Of a stretch of 64,000 bases of DNA, positions 14,233 to 25,960 are shown piece after piece. The position numbers and the translations under genes were made by a program. How positions within the stretch are numbered: the stretch's first letter is position 1; each line of letters starts with the position of its first letter. The stretch comes from Eledone cirrhosa (Eukaryota): contig OZ024745.1 in NCBI GenBank assembly GCA_964016885.1, forward strand, positions 25,420,001-25,484,000, read 5' to 3'. Under the pieces are notes generated by a model. It was not told the origin of the DNA. It was given only the letters and a program-made list of their open reading frames with translations, and ran no database searches.

Positions 14233-15277
14233 TCATTTGGAAGCTTGAATCCATATTAGCAATCAACACTTTACAATATATGTGATCGGAGAAGAGGACT
14301 TGAAGTCAACGTAAGACAATACTAAGGCAGTGAGTTGGCAGAGTCTTCAGAACATCAGATAGAGTGCTTTGCGGTATTCTCACCGAAGTTACCTTTCAAC
14401 TTTTTTAGATCAATAAAAAATGTACCACCAGTCTAGTACTGGGGTCAGTTTTTCCGCTATATCTCTTTCTCATCTCCCTTCCTCTATCTCACTTTCCGTC
14501 TTCTTTGGAAGAAATCTGTTGTACTCAGGTCTCAGAGAAGGATGGGCTCTGCTAAGCTTAAAATGCCCTAGAAACGCCGTATGTCAATCAACGCGTCTCT
14601 CTCCGGGGAAACGCCTTCTCTATTCTGTCCGTCGGGCTGTAGAGTGGCCACTAATATGGTCGACTGACTTGTCATCTTATCAGTCAGAAGTTTTTAGACC
14701 TGTTGTATGAATAACAGTCCTGTGTGTTCATGAAATCGTTTGACAAACGGAGACATCTATGATCTACCTAGCATCCCTTCCCCTCCTCTAACTTCCAAAG
14801 TGTTTTAAAGAGTTTTCGGGACCATACTATGTCATGCAAACGCAATATTATCTTTATTTAGATTTTTCAAGACTGTTTTGTTCTGAATTCTATGAGAGAT
14901 AATCACTTTTATATTATCAATAACAGTAAAGATCATTAGCAATGACGTCTAGTCACATAGCATTGAGCTCCTATTTCCTTTCGTTAAATGGTTCAGATCA
15001 GCAGGATTACCACAAGCTATGGGCCAAGCCCATCCGCCTGGGAATTATCATAAAAATAAACATTGTCAAATAACCTAATTCTGTAGGTATGTGTCCAAAT
15101 GTGTAAATATATACGTTTATAAAGATATTGTGTGCGTTTGATAGGACTATATATACATACCTATCTAATCAGTCACACACACACCCGTGTATATATATAT
15201 ATATATATAGATATACACTTGTGTGTGTTTGTATGTGTGTATATATATATATATATACACACACATATATATATACG

Positions 15278-15379
<102 letters not shown>

Positions 15380-15662
15380 CATACCTAATTAGATGTAGAC
15401 GTACATATACGTACATATACAGCAGACATGCATATTTAGGCTAAAAGTACCACCATGTTATCTGTAAACCAGACCTCTTCTACTACAATACTTATTAAAC
15501 GTGGGAATAAATATATATTTGATTCCGTTGAGTATAGACTTACGTTTTTTTTCTTTCTTTCCGTGCGTGTGTGTGATTGCGTGTGTGTATGTGTGCGTGA
15601 GTGTGAGTGTGTGTGTGTGTGTGCGTGCGGGAGTGTGTGTGTCTGTGTGTGTGTGCGTGTAT

Positions 15663-15700
<38 letters not shown>

Positions 15701-16007
15701 GAATGAAAGTCAAATATCCACTTAACATTGATGCTTGGTGCTGCATTGAAGATTTTAATTTTCATGTAGTATAACAGGAGGAAGGAAAACGTCTCACTGT
15801 GAACATTGGCAAGAGTCGAATTATGTGAAGACATGAACAAAAAAATGATAAAATTGAGCTTTGGTTCTTTTCCCTAGAATGCAAATGAAGCGATGCAAAT
15901 GAGGGAAAGGTACTGAACTTTCAAAATAATTTCACTTTATGGGCTTGATTAATGCTAAGAACTAACGCCAAACACCTGCAGATGAGATATTGCTAGAGTA
16001 AAAATCA

Positions 16008-16195
16008 ATAATTGTTTCTACTTTTGGCACAAGACCAGCAATTATCCAGGGCATTACTGGTACTTTATTTTATAGATACCCGTAAGGATGAAAGGCAAAG
16101 TTAACCTCGGCGGGATTTGAACTCAGACAACAAAGGGCCGTAACTCTATGCTACAAAGCATGGTGTCTGACCCTCTACCGATACTGGCAATCCAC
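16008..16195 (-). mobile_element. tRNA-derived SINE
   Basis: Reverse complement of the family consensus. Confidence 0.88.
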
Positions 16196-16344
16196 TTAAT
16201 CAATAATATTGACACTATTGCATCGTTTAATGTAGTTTGTGCCATACTCTAGTCATCCCAGTGGAGTTGGGGGGGGGGGGGGGACTTGTTGGCATCGTAG
16301 GATTTAAGGGTGTCTACCTGTCTTGAACTAGTTCTGGTACGTCT

Positions 16345-16560
16345 AAGTAAATCAGCTACACTACGTTTATGTGAACACACCCGTACCCCATACACGTATC
16401 ATATTTAGCCTTTCCTGGCGTCACACCAGAATAACGGAGTTTCCATCCTCCATCCAAATCTACAATACCAGAGTCACGGAACTTTGTTGAGGAAACCCCG
16501 ACTCTGGTAGCAACTGGCCTTCTCCAACAGTTTCTGCTCCTTGCTTGTAAGGGTTGTAAC
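16345..16560 (-). pseudogene. RTE-clade LINE endonuclease fragment
   Basis: VGVSSTKFRDSGIVDLDGGWKLRYSGV resembles the N-terminus of RTE APE endonuclease. Confidence 0.55.
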
Positions 16561-16681
16561 GTTCTAGTTTCCAATTATCATAGTTTCCTTCTTTCCGGAC
16601 CTTTTCTGTTGTCCCGGAATTCGTTATCTTTGTTTCCATCCAACGTTCCCATGACAGGTCACAGACCCCCCCCCCCATATA

Positions 16682-16755
<74 letters not shown>

Positions 16756-16826
16756 ATATATATAGAAACAAGATGGCGTAGGACAGAACAAAGGAGTGGC
16801 ACAAAAACAAAGAAAAGAATCCCCAA

Positions 16827-16867
16827 TCACTGAAGAGGTCACAGAATGTGTGACGAAAGAACTTTGA
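16827..16867 (+). ncRNA. type I hammerhead ribozyme motif (family B)
   Basis: TCA-CTGAAGA-G-GTCACA(GAATG)TGTGAC-GAAA-GAAC-TT^TGA. The element (16765-17028) lies between (TA)n tracts. Confidence 0.8.
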
Positions 16868-17022
16868 CAATATATAAACAACCATCTGGTTGTGGAACCA
16901 ACCAACCAACCGGAAATTTATAAATTTATAAATTCCTAAATTTATAAATTTATTATAATAAATTGAAGTGAAATCAACTGGTGCGTGTGTTTCTTATTGG
17001 CAACATGACCCTCCCAAAGTAT

Positions 17023-17060
<38 letters not shown>

Positions 17061-17162
17061 CGAAGGAATTGTGGTATGGAACCAGATGGACCATAACGCA
17101 CCAGAGTACTCAATACTTAGGGTAGTATATATATATATATATATATAGTTTTAATATAGATG

Positions 17163-17212
17163 AGATTCTACAGGACTAGAACTGTTTCATTCATTAGAAA
17201 TCATCAGGAATC
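17163..17212 (-). ncRNA. type I hammerhead ribozyme (family E, inverted copy)
   Basis: Reverse-complement arm of the palindrome 17147-17279. Confidence 0.8.
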
Positions 17213-17263
17213 AGATTCCTGATGATTTCTAATGAATGAAACAGTTCTAGTCCTGTAGAATCT
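17213..17263 (+). ncRNA. type I hammerhead ribozyme (family E)
   Basis: AGATTC-CTGATGA-T-TTC(TAAT)GAA-T-GAAA-CAG(TTCTAGTC)CTG-TA^GAATCT. Confidence 0.85.
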
Positions 17264-17345
17264 CATCTATATTAAAACTGTTATACTCTGCTATGTATTG
17301 AGTACCTTACTTACTGTGGTTACCTCCGATTCAACCCGGAATAAC

Positions 17346-17388
<43 letters not shown>

Positions 17389-17399
17389 TAACAGATTAA

Positions 17400-17450
17400 A
17401 GTTTAAGCAAAGAATCGCTGCTTTCACCCTTAACGGGATCTTCTGAAACT
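17400..17450 (-). ncRNA. hammerhead motif with one core substitution (family H)
   Basis: AGTTT-CAGAAGA-T-CCC(GTTAA)GGG-T-GAAA-GCA(9 nt)TGC-TT^AAACT. Confidence 0.6.
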
Positions 17451-17583
17451 AACAAAGTCAATCTGTAAACGCAGAAGTGGATATTTCAAAAAACGTTGCA
17501 TCCGGAGGAAGACAGGAAGACGATACTTTGGTTCGTGGAAACGTTCCCTGGCAAAGAACGGGGAAAAACGAATATAATACGTT

Positions 17584-17631
<48 letters not shown>

Positions 17632-18639
17632 ATAAACATACATACAGTCGACCTTTCCGAAACAAACGACTGTTCCATAAAAACAACAAATTAAATGCTT
17701 TGCTTATGAAAGTTATGCTTGAATTTGCGTATTACATAACTAGATTTTATACTTACTCATTTGGCCTCACTTTACATGTGTATTTTGTAAGTATTTATTT
17801 AGTGCTATTCGATAATTTAGTAACTTAAATAAGTTTACATTCAAACTTTTCCATTACAACCTGTAGAGATATTCTAAATTTAATCATTCGAAAGAATAAT
17901 GTCGGTATTGGTAAATATTGAAATTATTCTCCAACTCGGATTCATACTTTCAGTATTTAAGTGCTTAATAATGTTAAAAGCAAAGCCCTAACACTCAAGT
18001 AAGACAAAACAGACAAAAACAACGATATATTGATAGAGATTTTTTTTCTTTTTGTTTAATCATTCTTGTATTTACTGGAGAATAAGGTTTATTCAAATAT
18101 TGAACATATATAAGCAAATAAAAACAGTACTCACTACACATTGAATATTCAAGTGTCTTTTGTGGTTATAAAAACAGAAAAGTAAGGGAAAGGCAAGGGC
18201 TCTAGTATTACAGAAGAATGGGGAGGGCGAGGGTGATGGGCGCGGCGGTATTGAAGCTGCGCCCCGCGGACAGGACCGGAAAAGCATTCCCGCCGACAAT
18301 GGCAGAGTGACACCCGCTACAACAGCCACCCCACTTCGCGAGCCCCTTCCTCAGACGGGCCGCTGATGTTCCCATCTTGCGGAGGAGCTAGGCAGTACAG
18401 GGTCCAAGCACGCCCGAGGTCTCGACGGTGACCCGTGCGAAGAAGAGAGTTATTGCATTATTTTTATTATATGTATTTAATTGTATTTCTAATTTGTATT
18501 CTAAGAACTTTTTAAAAGGATTTCTTTTGGTTGTAGACTTTCGTTTTCTATTGAGATTTGGGTAGGAATTCTCCCTAAATACATACATTTTAATTGATGT
18601 GATAACCAACGAGTTTCTGGAACTAATTAGATTTGTTAA

Positions 18640-20535
18640 TAAGTATGTATGGGTGTGTATGTGTACACAGTATAAGTATGTATGTGTATGTGTATGTGTA
18701 CACAGTATAAGTATGTATGTGTATGGGTGTTTAATTATGTATGTGTATGTGTATGTATGTGTACACAGTATAAGTATGTATGGGTGTGTATGTGTACACA
18801 GTATAAGTATGTATCTGTATGGGTGTGTATGTGTACACAGTATATGTATGTATGCGTATGTATGTGTATGTGTACACAGTGTAAGTATGTATGTGTATGT
18901 ATGTGTATGTGTACACTGTATAAGTATGTATGTGTATGTGTACACTGTATAAGTATGTATGTGTATGTGTACACAGTGTAATATGTATGTGTATGGGTGT
19001 GTATGTGTACACAGTATAATATGTATGTGTATGTATGTGTATGTGTACACTGTATAAGTATGTATGTGTATGTGTACACTGTATAAGTATGTATGTGTAT
19101 GTATATGTATGTGTACACTGTATAAGTATGTATGTGTATGTATGTGTATGTGTACGCTGTATAAGTATGTATGTGTATGTATGTGTATGTGTACACTGTA
19201 TAAGTATGTATGTGTATGTATATGTATGTGTACACTGTATAAGTATGTATGTGTATGTATGTGTATGTGTACACTGTATAATATGTATGTGTACACAGTA
19301 TAATTATGTGTGTATGGGTGTGTATGTGTACACAGTATAAGTATGTATGTGTATGGGTGTTTAATTATGTATGTGTATGTGTATGTATGTGTACACTGTA
19401 TAAGTATGTATGTGTATGTATGTGTATGTGTACACAGTATAATATGTATGTGTATGGGTGTGTATGTGTACACAGTATAATATGTATGTGTATGTATGTG
19501 TATGTGTACACAGTGTAAGTATGTATGTGTATGTATGTGTATGTGTACACAGTATAATATGTATGTGTATGTATGTGTATGTGTACACTGTATAAGTATG
19601 TATGTGTATGTATGTGTATGTGTACACTGTATAAGTATGTATGTGTGTGTGTACACAGTATAAGTTTGTATGTGTATGTATGTGTATGTGTACACAGTGT
19701 AAGTATGTATGTGTATGTATGTGTAAGTGTACACAGTATAATATGTATGTGTATGGGTGTGTATGTGTACACAGTATAATATGTATGTGTATGTATGTGT
19801 ATGTGTACACAGTATAAGTATGTATGTGTATGTATGTGTATGTGTACACTGTATAAGTATGTATGTGTATGTATGTGTATGTGTACACTGTGTAAGTATG
19901 TATGTGTATGTATGTGTATGTGTACACAGTGTAAGTATGTATGTGTATGTGTACACTGTGTAAGTATGTATGTGTATGTGTACACAGTATAATATGTATG
20001 TGTATGTATGTGTATGTGTACACTGTATAAGTATGTATGTGTATGTATGTGTATGTGTACACTGTATAAGTATGTATGTGTATGTATGTGTATGTGTACA
20101 CTGTATAATATGTATGTGTATGTATGTGTATGTGTACACTGTATAAGTATGTATGTGTATGGGTGTGTATGTGTACACAGTATAATATGTATGTGTATGT
20201 ATGTGTATGTGTACACTGTATAAGTATGTATGTGTATGTGTACACAGTGTAATATGTATGTGTATGTATGTGTATGTGTACACTGTATAAGTATGTATGT
20301 GTATGTGTACACAGTATACCATGTATGTGTATGTATGTGTATGTGTACACTGTATAAGTATGTATGTGTATGTGTACACAGTATACTATGTATGTGTATG
20401 TATGTGTATGTGTACAGTGTATAAGTATGTATGTGTATGTGTACACAGTGTAATATGTATGTGTATGTATGTGTATGTGTACAGTGTATAAGTATGTATG
20501 TGTATGTGTACACAGTGTAATATGTATGTGTATGC
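18640..20535. repeat. ~27-41 bp minisatellite, core TGTACAC(A/T)GTATAA in (TATG/TG)n
   Basis: Dozens of tandem units read directly. Confidence 0.95.
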
Positions 20536-22318
20536 CCTGAAAGCACATAGGAATTAACAGCTTGATGCTAATTGTGAGCCTAAGTAGGAGTGGGTGGTAG
20601 TGAGGGAAGACTTCTTGTGATATAGAATATGTGTGTATTTTGTGTGTATGTTGTGTGTATGTGTGTGGTTTGTGTGTATGTGTGTGTTTTGTGTGTATCT
20701 GTGGGTTTTGTGTGTATGTGTGTGTTTTGTGTGTATGTTTTGTGTGTTTGTGTGTGTATGTGTGTATTTTGTGTGTATGTGTGTGGTTTGTGTGTATGTG
20801 TGTGTAGTGTTTTCGTGTATATATGTTTGTGTATGTGTAGTTTTGGCTAATTATGTCTCGAGAATGTACGGCAATGTTAGGTGTCCCTGGGAATTTTGCC
20901 TGTCATTCTGTTAACTTTACCACTCTGTGTTCATTCACAAAATACCTCCACCTTCCCACTGTTCTTCTTCTTTCGATCCCTTCCACAATCTTCCCCACCT
21001 CCTCCACTTCTTTACACCTCCCCCCTTTTCCCCCACTTCCACCTTCTGTACCCCTTTTTCTGCTCCGCCTCCATTTTACGCATCTTTCCTCATTTTTCGC
21101 CCACTATCGTCTCCTTTACCCCACTTTATCCCACTTTAGTCCACTTTCATGTCCTTTCTCTCCTTCACCTAAATTCCCCTTCATCCCCCCTCTTCCCCCT
21201 TCTATCGACCTCTTCCCCTCTCTTTCCTCTCTTTTGCACTTTTATATTTTCTTTCGCCATCTTTGTCCATCTTTACCCCTAATTTTTAACTCACTTTCGT
21301 CCCCTTTCTCTCCTTCTTCCCCTTTCATCATCTATCTCTTCCCCACTCTTAACCCCAACTTAGCCCACCTCCTCTTCCCTCCCATTCACCTACTTCTATC
21401 TTTTCTCTTTACTCATCTTTCGCTTTCTTTTTGCCAATTTCCGCCTCTTTCGTTTTGTTCACCTTCATTACCCCTCTTTAGACCCCTTTCATCTTCTTCT
21501 TCCCCTTCCTACACCCCCATTGTCGAATTTTTTCCCTCTTTTGTCCTCTTTCCCTCACTTTTATCCCTATTTATTCTACTTCCCTCTCTTTTCTCTTCTT
21601 TCCTCCTCTTTCTCTAACTTTCGCCGTCGTTCAGCCTGCTTCACCATCTTTATTTACCTTTAACCTGGTTTCCATCGAAAACTCAGGTATCCTCAATCTC
21701 CGAACTGCCGTTTCCCTTTCCAAAATTTGGAGATGTGCATCCCGTCGGAGCAATATACCTCGTGTGGTGGAGAGGCTGATACAACGGGCGTTCTTGTTCT
21801 TCACGGCAAATTCTCCACAGAGCTCAGCTGAAATATACGCCATGACAGAGGCTAAGAGTTTACCGACAGTCCCCACTCCTTTACTCTTACTTTCGTTATA
21901 TATTTTTCTTTTCTTTTTGGAAATATTATAATATTTAATTGAAATATGTTAAATAAAAGTTATTGACTAAAAACATTATGTTTTACTACATCTATTAAGC
22001 TAGCGCCCACTTTACTAGAAACTACCTCGCCCCTCAACCCACACTCATTCCCTTTCGTCTCCTCTTCCCTTCTTTCCCTCTTTGAATTGTTAAAATAGAA
22101 ATGGAGGTTACGAGTAACCGGAAGTAACTTGACATACATAGAAACGTACACACACACACACACGTACACACGCACACACGCACATGCATGCATAGATACA
22201 AACACACACATTTACGTAGATATATGCAAAGTCAAGCACATGTACAAACACATGTATGTATGCACACGTATACATACATACATACATACATACATACATA
22301 CATACATACATACATACA

Positions 22319-22354
<36 letters not shown>

Positions 22355-22501
22355 TCCATATAAATATATATATATAATGATAAAAAGGACAATTTGATAT
22401 GTCTTCATTACGTTTATACTAACTGGAAACTACGCATCGAGTGCTCACTTTGGTGAACTTACAGTAACTGGACGTTACATTCCCTATAAATATATATATA
22501 T

Positions 22502-22740
22502 ATAGGAACGAGTAGGACCCCGACGGCTGAGCTCAAGCCGTTTCGACGGCTAATTCTGGACTAAAAATAGTTTTTAGTCCAGAATTAGCCGTCGAAAATT
22601 AGTCCAGAATTAGCTGTCGAAACGGCTTGAGCTCAGCTGTCGGGGTCCTACTCGTTCCTATTACCCACTCTACTACCTTAAGTATTGAGTACTTTGGTGC
22701 GTTATGGTCCACCTGGTTCCTTACCACATTTCCTTCGTTA
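22502..22740 (+). mobile_element. family D element: ~160-bp palindrome with HHR 3' half plus tail
   Basis: Palindrome 22502-22661 containing GAAA-CGGCT(TGAGCTC)AGCTG-TC^GGGG. Homologous to 31891-32099 (inverted). Tail also at 17058-17126 and 33290-33357. Confidence 0.75.
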
Positions 22741-23242
22741 TATATATATATATATATTAACGGCTGAGCTGCCTAATTTGCATATTGAAGCTAACAAGCT
22801 TGAAACTAGTACATCGTTCCTGTGTCAGTGTTGAACAAAAAGGTGACGTGGTTGCCTTAACACCGTATGGCATAAATTCAGGCTGTTCAGTTTGTTGACA
22901 AACGAACAAAGCAGCGCTATAATAAGCGCCTGCTAAACTGATGCGTGCATATATGTATGTGTACCTGCATGTATGTATATATATATATATATATATATAC
23001 ATGCTACTGTACGTCTGTATACATATATGTATGTACGTATACATACATACTTACATTTAAGTAAGTGCCATACTAAGAGTGAGAAATGAAATTTCGTTTT
23101 TCGTTTTCATTTTTTTCAACTTATCGTTTTCGGTATGCCTGACCGATTTAACTCACTCAATATGCAAATTAGGCTGCTCAGCCGTTAATTTTCATAAGGA
23201 AAGTATATACTTTCGAACGTTCAACTATCTGGCAGATGGGTA

Positions 23243-23287
23243 AACGGTGCTGATGATAGCTAACAAGCTTGAAACTAGTACATCGTT
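23243..23287 (+). ncRNA. minimal type I hammerhead ribozyme (family A)
   Basis: AACGGTG-CTGATGA-T-AGCT(AACA)AGCT-T-GAAA-CTAG-TA^CATCGTT. Confidence 0.88.
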
Positions 23288-23713
23288 CCTGTGTCAGTGT
23301 TGAACAAAAAGGTGACGTGGTTGCCTTAACACCGTATGGCATAAATTCAGGCTGTTCAGTTTGTTGACAAACGAACAAAGCAGCGCTATAATAAGCGCCT
23401 GCTAAACTGATGCGTGCATATATGTATGTGTACCTGCATGTATGTATATATATATATATATATATATATACATGCTACTGTACGTCTGTATACATATATG
23501 TATGTACGTATACATACATACTTACATTTAAGTAAGTGCCATACTAAGAGTGAGAAATGAAATTTCGTCTTTCGTTTTCATTTTTTTCAACTTATCGTTT
23601 TCGGTATGCCTGACCGATTTAACTCACTCAATATGCAAATTAGGCTGCTCAGCCGTTAATTTTCATAAGGAAAGTATATACTTTCGAACGTTCAACTATC
23701 TGGCAGATGGGTA

Positions 23714-23758
23714 AACGGTGCTGATGATAGCTAACAAGCTTGAAACTAGTACATCGTT
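23714..23758 (+). ncRNA. minimal type I hammerhead ribozyme (family A)
   Basis: Identical to 23243-23287. Confidence 0.88.
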
Positions 23759-23911
23759 CCTGTGTCAGTGTTGAACAAAAAGGTGACGTGGTTGCCTTAA
23801 CACCGTATGGCATAAATTCAGGCTGTTCAGTTTGTTGACAAACGAACAAAGCAGCGCTATAATAAGCGCCTGCTAAACTGATGCGTGCATATATGTATGT
23901 GTACCTGCATG

Positions 23912-23946
<35 letters not shown>

Positions 23947-24186
23947 GCTACTGTACGTCTGTATACATATATGTATGTACGTATACATACATACTTACAT
24001 TTAAGTAAGTGCCATACTAAGAGTGAGAAATGAAATTTCGTTTTTCGTTTTCATTTTTTTCAACTTATCGTTTTCGGTATGCCTGACCGATTTAACTCAC
24101 TCAATATGCAAATTAGGCTGCTCAGCCGTTAATTTTCATAAGGAAAGTATATACTTTCGAACGTTCAACTATCTGGCAGATGGGTA

Positions 24187-24231
24187 AACGGTGCTGATGA
24201 TAGCTAACAAGCTTGAAACTAGTACATCGTT
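24187..24231 (+). ncRNA. minimal type I hammerhead ribozyme (family A)
   Basis: Identical to 23243-23287. Confidence 0.88.
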
Positions 24232-24384
24232 CCTGTGTCAGTGTTGAACAAAAAGGTGACGTGGTTACCTTAACACCGTATGGCATAAATTCAGGCTGTT
24301 CAGTTTGTTGACAAACGAACAAAGCAGCGCTATAATAAGCGCCTGCTAAACTGATGCGTGCATATATGTATGTGTACCTGCATG

Positions 24385-24425
<41 letters not shown>

Positions 24426-24665
24426 GCTACTGTACGTCTGTATACATATATGTATGTACGTATACATACATACTTACATTTAAGTAAGTGCCATACTAAG
24501 AGTGAGAAATGAAATTTCGTTTTTCGTTTTCATTTTTTTCAACTTATCGTTTTCGGTATGCCTGACCGATTTAACTCACTCAATATGCAAATTAGGCTGC
24601 TCAGCCGTTAATTTTCATAAGGAAAGTATATACTTTCGAACGTTCAACTATCTGGCAGATGGGTA

Positions 24666-24710
24666 AACGGTGCTGATGATAGCTAACAAGCTTGAAACTA
24701 GTACATCGTT
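24666..24710 (+). ncRNA. minimal type I hammerhead ribozyme (family A)
   Basis: Identical to 23243-23287. Confidence 0.88.
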
Positions 24711-25136
24711 CCTGTGTCAGTGTTGAACAAAAAGGTGACGTGGTTGCCTTAACACCGTATGGCATAAATTCAGGCTGTTCAGTTTGTTGACAAACGAACA
24801 AAGCAGCGCTATAATAAGCGCCTGCTAAACTGATGCGTGCATATATGTATGTGTACCTGCATGTATGTATATATATATATATATATATATATACATGCTA
24901 CTGTACGTCTGTATACATATATGTATGTACGTATACATACATACTTACATTTAAGTAAGTGCCATACTAAGAGTGAGAAATGAAATTTCGTCTTTCGTTT
25001 TCATTTTTTTCAACTTATCGTTTTCGGTATGCCTGACCGATTTAACTCACTCAATATGCAAATTAGGCTGCTCAGCCGTTAATTTTCATAAGGAAAGTAT
25101 ATACTTTCGAACGTTCAACTATCTGGCAGATGGGTA

Positions 25137-25181
25137 AACGGTGCTGATGATAGCTAACAAGCTTGAAACTAGTACATCGTT
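25137..25181 (+). ncRNA. minimal type I hammerhead ribozyme (family A)
   Basis: Identical to 23243-23287. Confidence 0.88.
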
Positions 25182-25334
25182 CCTGTGTCAGTGTTGAACA
25201 AAAAGGTGACGTGGTTGCCTTAACACCGTATGGCATAAATTCAGGCTGTTCAGTTTGTTGACAAACGAACAAAGCAGCGCTATAATAAGCGCCTGCTAAA
25301 CTGATGCGTGCATATATGTATGTGTACCTGCATG

Positions 25335-25397
<63 letters not shown>

Positions 25398-25514
25398 GCT
25401 ACTGTACGTCTGTATACATATATGTATGTACGTATACATACATACTTACATTTAAGTAAGTGCCATACTAAGAGTGAGAAATGAAATTTCGTTTTTCGTT
25501 TTCATTTTTTTCAA

Positions 25515-25554
<40 letters not shown>

Positions 25555-25749
25555 CAGGGACATTAGTGTCTGCAGTTCTGTTTACATGCCAACACAAGAG
25601 CAAGAATGAAGGGTTCATTCTACTGACATGGCTTGTTTACATAATTGAAAACGAATCGAATATTATTATTAATATTCTAAAAACTCAGATTACATTTATT
25701 GTATTCAGCCATGTAGAGCGAATTTTTTTTCTTTTTATTATATATATAT

Positions 25750-25960
25750 ATATGTATACATATATGTATACAGACGTACAGTAGTATGTATATATATATA
25801 CATACATGCACACATATGTATATGTACGTATGGATTCACCGAACAGTTATTATAATGCTCGGTGTGTTTGTAAACAAACATCCCGAATTAAGCCGTACAG
25901 TGTTTAGCAACCATCGTTGCTCATTTGTTCAACACTGACAAAGGAACGCTGTACTAGTTA
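25750..25960 (-). repeat. diverged inverted partial copy of the family A unit
   Basis: GTTCAACACTGACAAAGGAACGCTGTACTAGTT is the reverse complement of the unit and ends at the HHR stem III next to (TA)n. Confidence 0.8.

Larger units (their letters stand above)
22756..25518 (+). repeat. ~471-bp tandem repeat (about 5.8 units), each unit with a hammerhead ribozyme (family A)
   Basis: GAAA cores at 22802, 23271, 23742, 24215, 24694, 25165. Units differ almost only in (TA)n length. Confidence 0.95.

Noticed and set aside
18640-20535. CRISPR-like regular spacing of TGTACACAGTATAA
   Set aside because: Intervening sequences are repetitive rather than unique spacers, there are no cas genes, and the context is eukaryotic.
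21631-21876. Possible degenerate LINE RT fragment
   Set aside because: Only a vague resemblance, with no diagnostic motif I can defend.
23178-25272. Five repeated 66-aa minus-strand ORFs
   Set aside because: Non-ATG start, antisense to the ribozyme, no recognisable motif. A by-product of the repeat unit.
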